Assembly (NCBI GenBank): GCA_965235115.1
Contig: OZ249436.1
Coordinates: forward strand, 42,782,001-42,846,000
DNA length: 64,000 bases
Reading direction: 5' to 3'
From: Laetmonice hystrix
Taxonomy: Eukaryota
The notes beneath the pieces are model-generated. The model saw nothing but the letters and a program-made list of their open reading frames with translations, searched no databases and had not been told where the DNA came from. Positions 1-11,545 of the stretch are shown here, in pieces; the first letter of the stretch is position 1, and each line of letters begins with the position of its first letter. The position numbers and the translations under genes were made by a program.

Positions 1-3000
1 TCACGTGTTTAGCGTCTGTGATGTCATCTTTCATGTATGATTGCTGATCCGTAGGCCCATCACTTGTGTCATCTTTTACGGTTGGCTCATTAGAATCAGC
101 ATCTTTTACGGCCAGCTCATTAGCATCAGCATCTTTTATTGTCGGCTCATTAGCATTGGCATCTTTCATGGTTGGTGGATTAGCATCAGCATCTTTCATG
201 GTTTGTTGATTAGCATCAGTGGTGGCATCTTTCATGGCTGGCTGGTTAGCACCAGTGGTAGCATCTTTCATGGTTGGCTGGTTAGCACCAGTCGTGGCAT
301 CTTTCATGGTCGGATGATCAATATCAGTTGACATGTCCTTTACGGTTGGATGATCAGGACCGCTTGAGACATCTTTCAAAGCTATGAGGTTTTTTGGGTA
401 CACAGACACCTCATAGTCACTCTCCGGGTCGCCGTCGCATTCCAGACTGTCTGTGCTGCTTTCCTGAGACACAGGCTGTGGATAAAGATAACAGTTAAAA
501 ATCATCTTGGTTTAATTAGTATACGATGACGCCAACAAAAGTTATATAATTCTTTAACGATATATCTTTTATAAAGGTCTGCTATAACCTTCATTGCTAA
601 CGTAGATATTGCATTCATCAGTCACGTTCTCGTGCATCATTCCTTAATAAAGCCTCAAACCTATTATTAGGGTATAAAGCACCTTAGCTTAACTCTGCTA
701 AACCCACCACGTAATCTGGGTCGGCGTCCGAGTCGTAGTCGTCAAGGTCATCTAATTCAGCGAGGTCAAAGTCGCTCTCCGAGTCACAGTCGTCGTATTT
801 CCGTTTCTCACTCGGTTTCTGTTCATTTGCGGGAGCTCCGTCTGAATAATCAAAGATATTGAGAATAGAAATCGATAATCAGACAGCAGCAACATCAACT
901 ACAAGTAGTCCGACAACTCCCTCAACTCATACGGGCGGGGCTTGCCCCCTAACTTCCCTGGATTCTATCCTGGCATGCGGACCATGTATACTTAACATGG
1001 AACTAAAGTATGGTGGCCCAAAACTACAAAAATCTACTCTGGATCATACTATGGCCAAGGTATAAATCAAAAATTCACAAATACGTGCTGGTAGAAGTTT
1101 CCACACTTTTATTAGGGTAACCACTTTTTGCCAGAGCTTTGTTAAAATGCGAAATAAAAAGCCGTCATCATCTAATAGCATCCCTTCCCTCATTATGAGG
1201 AATTTTAAAGCGGGACCAGCAGTATAGCCATATTCTAGATCCTAATGGTCCTATAGTCTCAAACTCCAGAATTTACAGTCAACCTGGTTTCTATACCTGA
1301 CGTCGGAATGGAGTAGAGGTAAATTTTCCGGCGGTCTACACGGCTGGCTCTGTACCCAAGTGGCGCCAGTAGAGTATTCAGGAACACCTCCAAGGTGGAC
1401 TGTGACGGCAGGCGTTTCTTTGGCGTCACCTGGCGGGACAAAGGGGAACCAGAAATATATTAGGGAACATTATTAAAAAATATTAATATATTATATTACT
1501 AAAAGGAGAATACAGTTTTGGCAAATCGATTTCTGATCAGTTTTCGCCAAAGTGCGTCATTACCTTCCTTCGTTTTTTAATTTCTTCCTGCCTCGCAACC
1601 GGAAGTGTTGTACTGTGAGTTCGAATATTCGTATGTTTACCCATCAGAAATTCCAGGATTCGACGCAGGTATCGCAACAACCACACCTGTATGTACGGAG
1701 AGAGAATTACTACACAGGTATCGCAACAACCACACCTGTATGTACGGAGAGAGAATTACTACACAGGTATCGCAACAACCACACCTGTATGTACGGAGGG
1801 AGAATTACTACACAGGTATCGCAACAACCACACCTGTATGTACAGAGATAGAATTACTACACAGGTATCGCAACAACCACACCTGTATGTACGGAGGGAG
1901 AATTACTACACAGGTATCGCAACAACCACACTTGTATGTACGGAGAGAGAATTATGTCGACACCTTATGCTATGCGAATGGGTGCAGTAATCTTAGGGCC
2001 TGGGTTCGATTCCTGTAGAGGACTATACAACTTTTCTCTTTAGGGACATTGTCAAAGTAATTGGGTTACCCCTGATGCCCGTGCATTTCAAAAGAAAAAT
2101 ACAGGTATCGCAACAACCACACTTGTATGTACGGAGAGAGAATTACTACAGGTATCGCAACAACCACACCTGTATGTACGGAGGGAGAATTACTACACAG
2201 GTATCGCAACAACCACACCTGTATGTACGGAAAGAGAATTGCTACATAGGTATCGCAACAACCACACCTGTATGTACGGAGTGAGAATTACTACACAAGT
2301 ATCGCTTAATAATCTCCACCGTGACATGCAACTGCTCTCAAAAGTATCGGTATTTAGAAATTCAATATCAATACTCCCTGTGAAGAAAAGGAAAGTTTTT
2401 TTTCTGGTTGACAGAATGATGGCATTAAATCAGGCATATGGCCTTCCACGGCCTCTTTAATAAAACTTTTTTCACCAAATCAGATAAATAGGTTGGAAGA
2501 AAACAAGTTGAACTGATTTTTACCCAGATCTGAAGCGGGATGTGTGCCGCCCTGACCAATGTGTACGTAGGAACTAGCGTCGTGGTTGTCTGACTCTCGT
2601 CGAACACCTTCAGGATCAACATCATTATTGATTACTTTTCTATCACGGAAACTTGCTCACTTTCTTCTCATACAACACAGATTTCATATTCCCTTCAGAT
2701 GTCAGTTTACACATATTTCCCCTCCGATCCAGGTAGACCGGCCCGCCCTGTATATTTATAGTTCCCCTAATTTACCTCGAATGAGGTTTGACTGTCCGTC
2801 CCTCCGGTCGTATCAAGTGCTGCCCCCTGCTGGCCATCAGGGTCCAGCTGGTGCTGCACCCTTGTGGCAAGGTCCAGAGCGTGATCAATGGCGGCCAGCA
2901 ACTGGCGACCCGGAAACTTCCGGAACGTCTTCCGGAACGTGCGAACTGTGGGTACCCGAACGATCTTCGACCCCTGGCGGGAGAAGGAAGAACTTAAGCG

Positions 3001-5355
3001 GGGGCAGAGAGAGACTTAGGGCATGAAAAAAACAGGTTCGACAACAACAGCTAATTCCATGTGAATGGTCGTCAAAAGCCAGCTTGTGGACTGGGGGAAG
3101 GGGGCCTATCCTAAAATGTGTGTAACAAGACATATAATAATCCTTTGATCCTATAAGAAACAACTTTTGGAACAGGGTGTACCGGACGCAACATGTGCCA
3201 CCCATAAATTGTCCAAACAGTGTCTGTGCGTATGAATGATAGGCCTACCAATCAAATCTTCCGAGATCAGATCAATTATCAAAAGATAAACTGTTGACTC
3301 TGACGAGGTCATAGATATAATAATTATAGGCCTACCACGACGCACTCATCAGTTGCGTGACCAGCCATGTGTTATAGTGCAGGTTGCCCACACATACAGT
3401 TTGCGTGACCAGCCATGTGTTATAGTGGAGGTTGCCCACACATACAGTTTACGTGACCAGCCATGTGTTATAGTGCAGGTTGCCCACACATACAGTTTGC
3501 GTGACCAGCCATGTGTTATAGTGCAGGTTGCCCACACATACAGTTTACGTGACCAGCCATGTGTTATAGTTAGGTTGCCCACACATACAGTTTACGTGAC
3601 CAGCCATGTGTTATAGTGCAGGTTGCCCACACATACAGTTTGCGTGACCAGCCATGTGTTATAGTGGAGGTTGCCCACACATACAGTTTTGTCACCTTAT
3701 TGTGGGTCACTCCCATTAAGGTCTTACAAATTTACATATACATGAGTAATAGTGGCCACTGTTACAAAAGGGTTCCGATTGCATGCCCGAGAGAAGGGCC
3801 TATAGAGAGTAGGAGACACAAGGACGAGTAATTAGTATCATCAGTATTGTAGCTAGAACAGTGTCCAGGAAATCCTCAGGATAGAGTATACTGACAGTCA
3901 ATGAAAACGCACCAATACTTTTAACTGGAAATCGGTACTTTAAAAAGTATCAACTGTCATCTTTCCCACAATGAGTTGTTGTAGAGGAGGGGGGGGGGGC
4001 AGGAATAACCAGATACCAGGAATCTCACTCTCTTTATGCCTCGGTGATTACAGCGCCACCTGATGGGTAAAACCAAAAGACCAGAACGTGAAAAGGGACT
4101 AAAAGGGGCACATATTGGCCCAAGATAAAACCGTTTCAAAGTGTCCCACATGCAAAATGCAACGTTTATCGCGCGATCAAAGGAACGTTGCCATAGCAAT
4201 GCTGGCTGGTGGTCTGGCTGGTGGCAATAATAATTATTCGTTAATTAATTAATTAATGGTTTGCTACTTTAAACCAAATTCAGGGAAGCATAACTTCTTT
4301 TGTTTGTTGTTGTTAATAAACTTCTTATTCATTTTTTCATCGGACTTTTGACTATTTCTTATCATGGATTTGGACAAATACAGGACACTGTGGTGCGTAT
4401 TCACTGTTTGTCAGTACATATCGAGTCTTCAAGTCTTCAACCGAACAGCTGCCCCAACATTACACATGTTATTAGAGGCCCAATCCAATTACATCTTAAT
4501 CCAATCGATCTGTTTTCATCTTTCTGATGAAACAAAACAACACCTGTATACAATTATCGTAATTAAAGACTTTGATTATCTTCTACCTGCCCCTATCGGC
4601 CGGTTGTTGTTTGGAGAACTACTTACCCGCCGTTTGGCTTTAGTTTCTCCTTCCTGTTTCTGATTCAAAAGGTCGATACATTCACAGGCGACCTGGTCGA
4701 ACGTCTGCACTGCAAACAAAGGGAACGGTTAACTGTAAATGGACAACCTTTGAGTTTTCTCTTCACGATGTATTTCTGTCTTATTCTGGGTTGATCGCGG
4801 CAAGGTTTCGGATTATGTGGCGATCATTAACTACAACTATAAAGTGGGACAGAAACGTCCGTCCATGTTTTATATGGTCTCCATGTCTCAATATCCATGT
4901 TTGATATGATCTCCATGTCTCAATATCCCAAGTGTACATCTCACCAGCCACCACCCCACCATATAGGACCATTTATAAAGAAATCTCTTACCAAAAGAAA
5001 CAGGCAATCAAGTTAAGGGATAAAATAACAGATTCCTGCTGGGATAGGCGCCCACAAATTGATCGCCCCGTGACCCCCTTCCAAGATTTTTACAGTGGTG
5101 TGATTCCTTACCTGCCTCAGGGTAGGCCTCGACCAGCCTGGTGCTGACATACTTGAGCGGCGTGGAGAAGACATCGACACCGCGTTCCACAATGGCCAGA
5201 CCAGTCCCGAGAACCACTGTTCCTTTCGACCTGACATAGAAATCCTTAGTTGACTTGTAGAAACCCGTGCTGCAGACTTTCTCCACCACATGGAGGCTGT
5301 GAGGGGAGGTAGGTTTGGAGACCGGTGTAGAAGTCATCTCTCCCGGTGGTGGCAT
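1..5355 (-). CDS. Perilipin (PAT-domain)-like protein with hydrophobic segment, basic and acidic tracts and repetitive C-terminal tail; 3' end outside window
   Basis: Phase-consistent GT-AG exons 5355-5112, 4709-4627, 2973-2776, 2607-2524, 1686-1564, 1429-1297, 841-708, 475-<1. N-terminus (VVEKVCSTGFYKSTKDFYVRSK...LAIVERGV...FDQVACECIDLL; GRQLLAAIDHALDLA) resembles perilipin PAT motifs recalled from memory. Last exon encodes MKDATTGANQPT-type repeats. Exon structure is solid; family call is moderate. Confidence 0.7.
1665..2305 (-). repeat. 49-bp minisatellite (6 + 4 copies, split by ~150-bp spacer) that duplicates the 3' splice site of exon 1686-1564
   Basis: Minus-strand unit gtagtaattctctctccgtacatacag|gtgtggttgttgcgatacctgt. 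The last copy is the in-frame acceptor (AG 1688-1687). Spacer contains a B-box-like GGTTCGATTCC (~2003-2013). Confidence 0.9.
3351..3689. repeat. 48-bp intronic minisatellite, 7 copies
   Basis: Unit gtttgcgtgaccagccatgtgttatagtgcaggttgcccacacataca. Confidence 0.95.
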
Positions 5356-5968
5356 GGTCAGACCGCTGTGGTAGACCTCTTCACTGAACACTGACCGGTG
5401 AGACCTATCCACAGCGAATGGTCGACTGACTGGTGTGCAGGTCGGCGGGTTATGTAACCTTACGTGTCCACGGCTGGCGAGCAGGCAATGCCGCCCTCAG
5501 CTCTAGGTCAGTAATTATAGGCCCTATAGCGGCAAGGTTTATATTCGTTTTGTCAGTTTTACAGGGTGTTATTGCCTTCCAAGGGAATATCACATAAACC
5601 GACAGAAATGTAAATTATACCGGGCCAACAGAACCGTCGTGACGTCGACTCCAACTGCAAACGCTGTCGCCCCCGGGGACGCGCGAAACGATGCGTCACC
5701 TCGGCCTGTCGTCTGCTACTCAACACCGATGACGACACCCAGGACGGTCAGGACGGTGAGGCTGTTTGTTGTCGGCCGACAGGCCTCACTGTGTCACCTA
5801 TCGTGAGTGGCTTTCTCGGGTGTATACTCAGGGGGCAGTTACCAACAACCTTCCCACGTTAGAAAGTGGGTCATTGACCGACAAACAAATCATATTGGCA
5901 TTTGATCGAATTTGTTTATTTTCACGGCATCTTAAAAATGTGTACGATCGAGTTTTCGACAGGGATGG

Positions 5969-6013
5969 CAGGGCCGTATCCTGGGGGGTTTACAGGGGCA
6001 GGATACGGCCCTG
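5969..6013. mobile_element. 45-bp ultra-miniature MITE, 15-bp TIR, 5-bp TSD
   Basis: CAGGGCCGTATCCTG ... CAGGATACGGCCCTG flanked by GATGG on both sides (5964-5968, 6014-6018). Confidence 0.85.
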
Positions 6014-7003
6014 GATGGGGGCGTTCCTACTAGGCTTATGTGATGTCTTCCACGACGGCCAGTATTGTTTGAAATAGATCGCTGAACTGTTTGAAGGTGG
6101 GTTGACTGTTTTCGCAGCATAGGCCTACTCAGGGCTTGGCCGTACATGGATTACGGGGAGCATATGCAGTTTGTCTGCATGGTTGAGACAGACAAGTTGA
6201 GGCCTCGGGTATAGAGCCACACAAGGAACTATTTCATGATTTGAGAGGGAAGTCTCCGAAGTCGAGAATAGCGCCACCATTGCCCTTAGTAAGTGGCCCT
6301 TGGTAAGTATACGAAACGTCAGGAAACTTTGGTGACATGTATCGGCATCTACAGTAGAGGTTTATTGTATATAGTTGCCAACAGGTGGCGCCACAAATGT
6401 GTAGCCCTCATGCTATCACCAAACATCTTCATACTTTGGGGAACTATAAAACATACACTCTTTAATCAAAGCTCATAACGGTTAGGGGTTCTACCGTTAC
6501 TTTGCCATCATTCGCAATAAAGTACTTTGTTAGACTTTACCTGTTTCCCGAAGGAGGACTTACAAATATTACATCGTCAAGACTCCGTCGGAGTCACAGC
6601 CCCCCACTGGATGGACTAATTAGCGTGGGCAGGAACTATGAGTAGGCCTACTTTGTATTTTTGAGATAAGGTCCATGTGAGAACATCCGTAATACATAAA
6701 CCACAAAGAAACCTCATAGGCCTATGTCCTCATCCATCATTTTGTAGTAAGTGATTATCTTGAAGTGTTTTCGAGATAGGAATTATCGAAAATGCTCTGA
6801 CCTTGAATTGATTGACCTGACAAGACGGAAATAGCGACCGATGAAAGTTTTTATAAGTATGGCTTCTTGTTGCCCTCTGATATACCTAAATTCTCTTGTC
6901 GCTGCTATAGTCAAAGGTACGTGCTTTTTCTAGGATTCGCCTACTGGGGGAACTGCCCCCTGCCCCCCTAGTACGTATAAAGGTCCGATGGGAGACGAAC
7001 TGA

Positions 7004-9877
7004 CTAAATTCGTCCGAATTTCACGTTTTCCCTAATTGAATCAAGATCGTAACGGCGTGCGAAGAACACCGCGGCGAGGAGCGGTTTGGTGGTTCCGGTT
7101 CCGTTTCCGGGCGAGGAGATTGCTTGGCCGTCATAGGTCCACTGACCCACCGCGGGGTCAACAAGGTCAGAGGTCACCTGTGGGTAGACGTAGCTCGTGG
7201 TGAAGTTCCCGGTCAATATGAATGATCTGAAGTAGGTCTGGGTACGTTTGACTGGGCTCCCACAACTTGATTCAGAATCATCGGCACATTTCATGAAGGC
7301 GCAAACCTCAATGAAATACGTGCCTTCTTTAGTGTGAAGTCCTCGGAATGCCCCGAGAACAAATCGTTCCGAACCTTCACTTCTTCCCTCATCTCGGTCG
7401 TACGTCAGTCTGCAGCAGACGTCGCCATGACACACACCGACGTCATCCTTGTGATTCTCCAGGGATACAAAATTATAAATATCGCCGAAAACATCACCCT
7501 GAAAATGCGGTTTTAACGGGTGGAAGTCTTCACCGAATTGAACCAACCTTCTGTTGACCTTGGTTGGTTTACTCTGAAGGTCACCAATAAGGAGTTCCGC
7601 CATGTCGGAACTGTCGTCGTTACGGAAGACGACGGGACCAGTCCCGGCATACACTCCACTTCCGGAGAAACGGTTGCCAGGGTGATGGATATTAGCCGCC
7701 AGGAGGTTGACCCCTTGACCTCTGGCGAACGACTGGTGAAAAGGTACGGCGGAGAAATACGGGAGGACGTTCATCCAGGCGGTCGGGAAGGTCACGTGAT
7801 CAATGGCGTACTGCTCGATCAGATTCAAGGCTGGATCCTCAAACAAAATGTCAAAACAAACAAAAGTTCCGAATCGACCGAAAGGCGTGTCGAAGTAACT
7901 GTAGTCGACAGTGTTCGGTGTGTCGTAGCCGAACTCAAAGAAGAGATTTTTCTTGTGATATCGAGCGATTAGCTTTCCCGCGGGGTCGAAGACCACATTG
8001 GTGTTAAATTGATGACGTCCTTCTTGACACCCGCATCCGTCACACGGCACGGCGTCTCCCATGTTAGCGACGACGTACATCGAATTGTTGCGGGCAATGC
8101 ACGATAGGTGGCGCTGTATTTCCGTGTTGGCGTGTCCAGCAGCAAGGCATGGCGTCCAGTTAGTTCGAGGATGGGGAATTTGTTCAAGGAATGGATAAAT
8201 GGCGTTCCGGGATAAACCCATGGGGTACAGGCCGTACTCGGGGAAAACGATGATGTTCACTTTCTGTAAGAGAAAACATGACGTTTCCACGGGTAAAAAT
8301 AAATATTTCTATCCTACCAAAGGAATCAAACTGTCACCGTATAGATCTAATAGCCTACTGATCTACGTGGGGTTGTATGGCAATTAGGCATGTAGCCCGT
8401 CCGGAAGGAAATCTAGGCAATGCGAAGGTGGAATTCATGTTGCATTGCCAGAAATCCGGCAGTTAACTTTCAGGCCTGGCTCCTGGAAGGTCATGACCTC
8501 CTCCTACCGGTCTTACCTGGTCAGCAGCACGCTGCGCCTGGATACTATACTCATACAGAACTGGAGAGACAATGTACGGGCTCCTGGAAGGTCATGACCT
8601 CCTCCTACCGGTCTTACCTTGTTAGCAGCACGCTGCGCCTGGATACTATACTCATACAGAACTGGAGACACAATGTACGGGCTCCTGGAAGGTCATGACC
8701 TCCTCCTACCGGTCTTACCTGGTCAGCAGCACGCTGCGCCTGGATGTATGTAGACTCATACAGAACTGGAGAGACAATGTACGGGCTCCTGGAAGGTCAT
8801 GACCTCCTCCTACCGGTCTTACCTTGTTAGCAGCACGCTGCGCCTGGATACTATACTCATACAGAACTGGAGAGACAATGTACGCTCCTGGAAGGTTATG
8901 ACCTCCTACTATACCGGTCTTACCTGGTCAGCAGCACGCTGCGCCTGGATACTATACTCACAGAACTGGAGAGACAATGTACGCTCCTGGAAGGTCATGA
9001 CCTCCTCCTACCGGTCTTACCTGGTCAGCAGCACGCTGCGCCTGGATACTATACTCACAGAACTGGAGAGACAATGTACGCTCCTGGAAGGTCATGACCT
9101 CCTCCTACCGGTCTTACCTGGTCAGCAGCACGCTGCGCCTGGATACTATACTCATACAGAACTGGAGACACAATGTACGGGCTCCTGGAAGGTCATGACC
9201 TCCTCCTACCGGTCTTACCTGGTCAGCAGCACGCTGCGCCTGGATACTATACTCACAGAACTGGAGAGACAATGTACGGGCTCCTGGAAGGTCATGACCT
9301 CCTCCTACCGGTCTTACCTTGTTAGCAGCACGCTGCGCCTGGATGTATGTAGACTCATACAGAACTGGAGAGACAATGTACGGGCTCCTGGAAGGTCATG
9401 ACCTCCTCCTACCGGTCTTACCTTGTTAGCAGCACGCTGGGCCTGGATACTATACTCATACAGAACTGGAGAGACAATGTACGCTCCTGGAAGGTCATGA
9501 CCTCCTCCTACCGGTCTTACCTTGTTAGCAGCACGCTGGGCCTGGATACTATACTCACAGAACTGGAGACACAATGTACGGGCTCCTGGAAGGTCATGAC
9601 CTCCTCCTACCGGTCTTACCTTGTTAGCAGCACGCTGAGCCTGGATACTATACTCATACAGAACTGGAAGGACAACTTTCAATGCCTCCTCACGATCCAG
9701 TACGTGTTTCCCAGGAGGATGAAGAACTGGTGGTTTATCGTAAACGGCTGCTCGGAATGTCGGCCGGGTGGGACTTGGTGATCTAAGACGGAGACCTGGC
9801 GAACTTCCTTCAAAACTTTGGCTGATTGACATCAGGAGTATAAACGCCAAGGTACGTGTCGTGATTTCCATTGCCAT
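7004..9877 (-). CDS. Vanin/biotinidase-family (pantetheinase-like) carbon-nitrogen hydrolase, ~505 aa, signal peptide, no obvious GPI tail
   Basis: Exons 9877-9620 and 8263-7004 (AAG|gtaaga ... ttacag|AAA, phase 0). Nitrilase-superfamily triad motifs IVFPEYG (E), ARYHKKNLF (K), FVCFDILF (C); also FPTAW, NLLAANIH, and a vanin C-terminal base domain (VCHGDVCCRLTY). Confidence 0.93.
8478..9670 (-). repeat. ~97-104-bp minisatellite, 12 copies, each containing the vanin exon-1 3' end and 5' splice site
   Basis: Unit ...ttgtctctccag ttctgt(at)gagtatagtatccaggcgcagcgtgctgctaacaag|gtaagaccggtaggaggagg... First copy is the real donor (GT 9619-9618). Confidence 0.95.
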
Positions 9878-9928
9878 GCTGCCCCGTGGGTCGATCCCAC
9901 AACTGGAGGGCCAGGTGTGTGCCAATCC

Positions 9929-9938
9929 TTTTTATATA
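9929..9938 (-). promoter_or_regulatory. TATA box of vanin-like gene
   Basis: TATATAAAAA on the minus strand ~52 nt upstream of ATG 9877. Confidence 0.6.
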
Positions 9939-10491
9939 GGACAATGACGCAATCAAGGACTTAGGTCACCCTTGGACCAAGTCAGTGCTCTTTACACCCT
10001 GGGGATCATGACGGTCTGCGTCTTATCATTTTATGTTATCGACGTTATGCGTTGGAAAATTACACATTTTAGTCTTCGTGAACACAAAACTAATGGGACG
10101 CAATGACAACTTGGGTCCTGTACACATACATTCTCTGGAAATTAAATTACGCCAGGTCCTCGCTGCATGAGAGCTTATGGTACTGTCCGCATCTATAGAT
10201 CTATTTGTAACAAACGTATGACCATGCGTCATATGGACTTCACCCTCTGGTACGCTAGCGCTAGGTATAGATCGGTCAGATATGAAGGCAGTAGGCCTAG
10301 TTGTCAGGTTCTGTATACATTGTAGTCAATAATTATTGTGAAGTTTTGCCACATGCGGGGATGACGCATCTTCGTTACTCTAGCGATCTTTTTTTGTTTT
10401 TGTTTTAAACAAAATGATCTTTATTGAAGAAGATATACAGAAGATACAGAAGATATATCTGACGACCAATGGCTGATCTGAACGCCGACTC

Positions 10492-10888
10492 TGCCCCTGA
10501 TCCACCGGTGGCGACTGCTTCGCAACTGACTAGCCTAAAGAATCAAAGTTGCGAATCAGTCACAAACAAAACTTTGCAACTGATTCGCAACTTTGATGAC
10601 AAGTTGCGAATCAGTCGCGAAAGCTGATCCACCGGAAAATACAGTTGCCATGTTCCAGTCGCCAGTGGGCGAAATCAAACCTGTTTGATTTCACCAAGGG
10701 AGGTTGCGAACAGGTTGCAAAGCCAGGCGAGTTGCAAAGCCAGTTGCGAACCCCTCATGACAGGTGATCCACCAAAATAGTGTTCGTGTTGTGTTCGCGA
10801 CTGGGATGTTTTCCCTGAGTTGCGAACAGGTTGCGAACAGGTTGCCAACGGGTCTCAAGGCCAAGTTGCCACCGGTGGATCAGGGGCA
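10492..10888. mobile_element. MITE with ~25-bp TIR and internal GTTGCGAA subrepeats
   Basis: TGCCCCTGATCCACCGGTGGCGACT ... AGTTGCCACCGGTGGATCAGGGGCA; no clean TSD seen. Confidence 0.8.
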
Positions 10889-11545
10889 TGATCATGAGAA
10901 ATTCGAGTGGCGCAGCGAACGGAGAATGAACGTAAGCTGCGCTAGGGGGCGCTACCAGAGGGCCACGGGCACTCTGGCCCCGAAGCGGTGATCAAATGAA
11001 CCAAACTCTACCCGCCATCGACAAGCGAACGCTGAAGTACCCCCCCCCCCCTTCGTCAAATCCATGGAAAACGGTATCGGTTACATGACGAACGTCGAAA
11101 TAACTGGCACAAGTTAGAAGCCTGCATGGCCGTCATGTCACCAAATGTGTGATGAAGGCTAGGTTTATAAATCGGCTATTCGGAGTCGTCCAATCCATTT
11201 TGTATTACACTCTGTCTCTGTTGTCTACTGGGCCCCAAAAATGAAACTGTAAACGGTTTCAGTGAAGACATTCTACTTCTAGTCTATGCTCGTTTCATAT
11301 CATTTTTCTTTATTTTTTCCTGTTTTATACAGATAAATGAGGAAATAATTGAAGGTAACTTCAAACATATACTTGTATATATAATCCATTTATTCCATTA
11401 TTACATCCTTTCTCACAAATCAAACCATCCTCAAAAACAATCTACATGTGTGTATTTACATAACGTGATTTCAGTGACGTCATATTTTGACAATACAGTA
11501 ATTGCAGTCCAATATTCCAACAGCGTCACTGAGTTCTCCGTGACG

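Noticed and set aside
1975..2085. tRNA gene (B-box GGTTCGATTCC)
   Set aside because: No cloverleaf or A-box found; at most a SINE fragment.
4587..4626. Alternative phase-1 donor (GCAG|gtagaa) that could join directly to exon 841-708
   Set aside because: The stronger CGG|gtaagt donor at 4627 links four further in-frame exons; kept only as a possible minor isoform.
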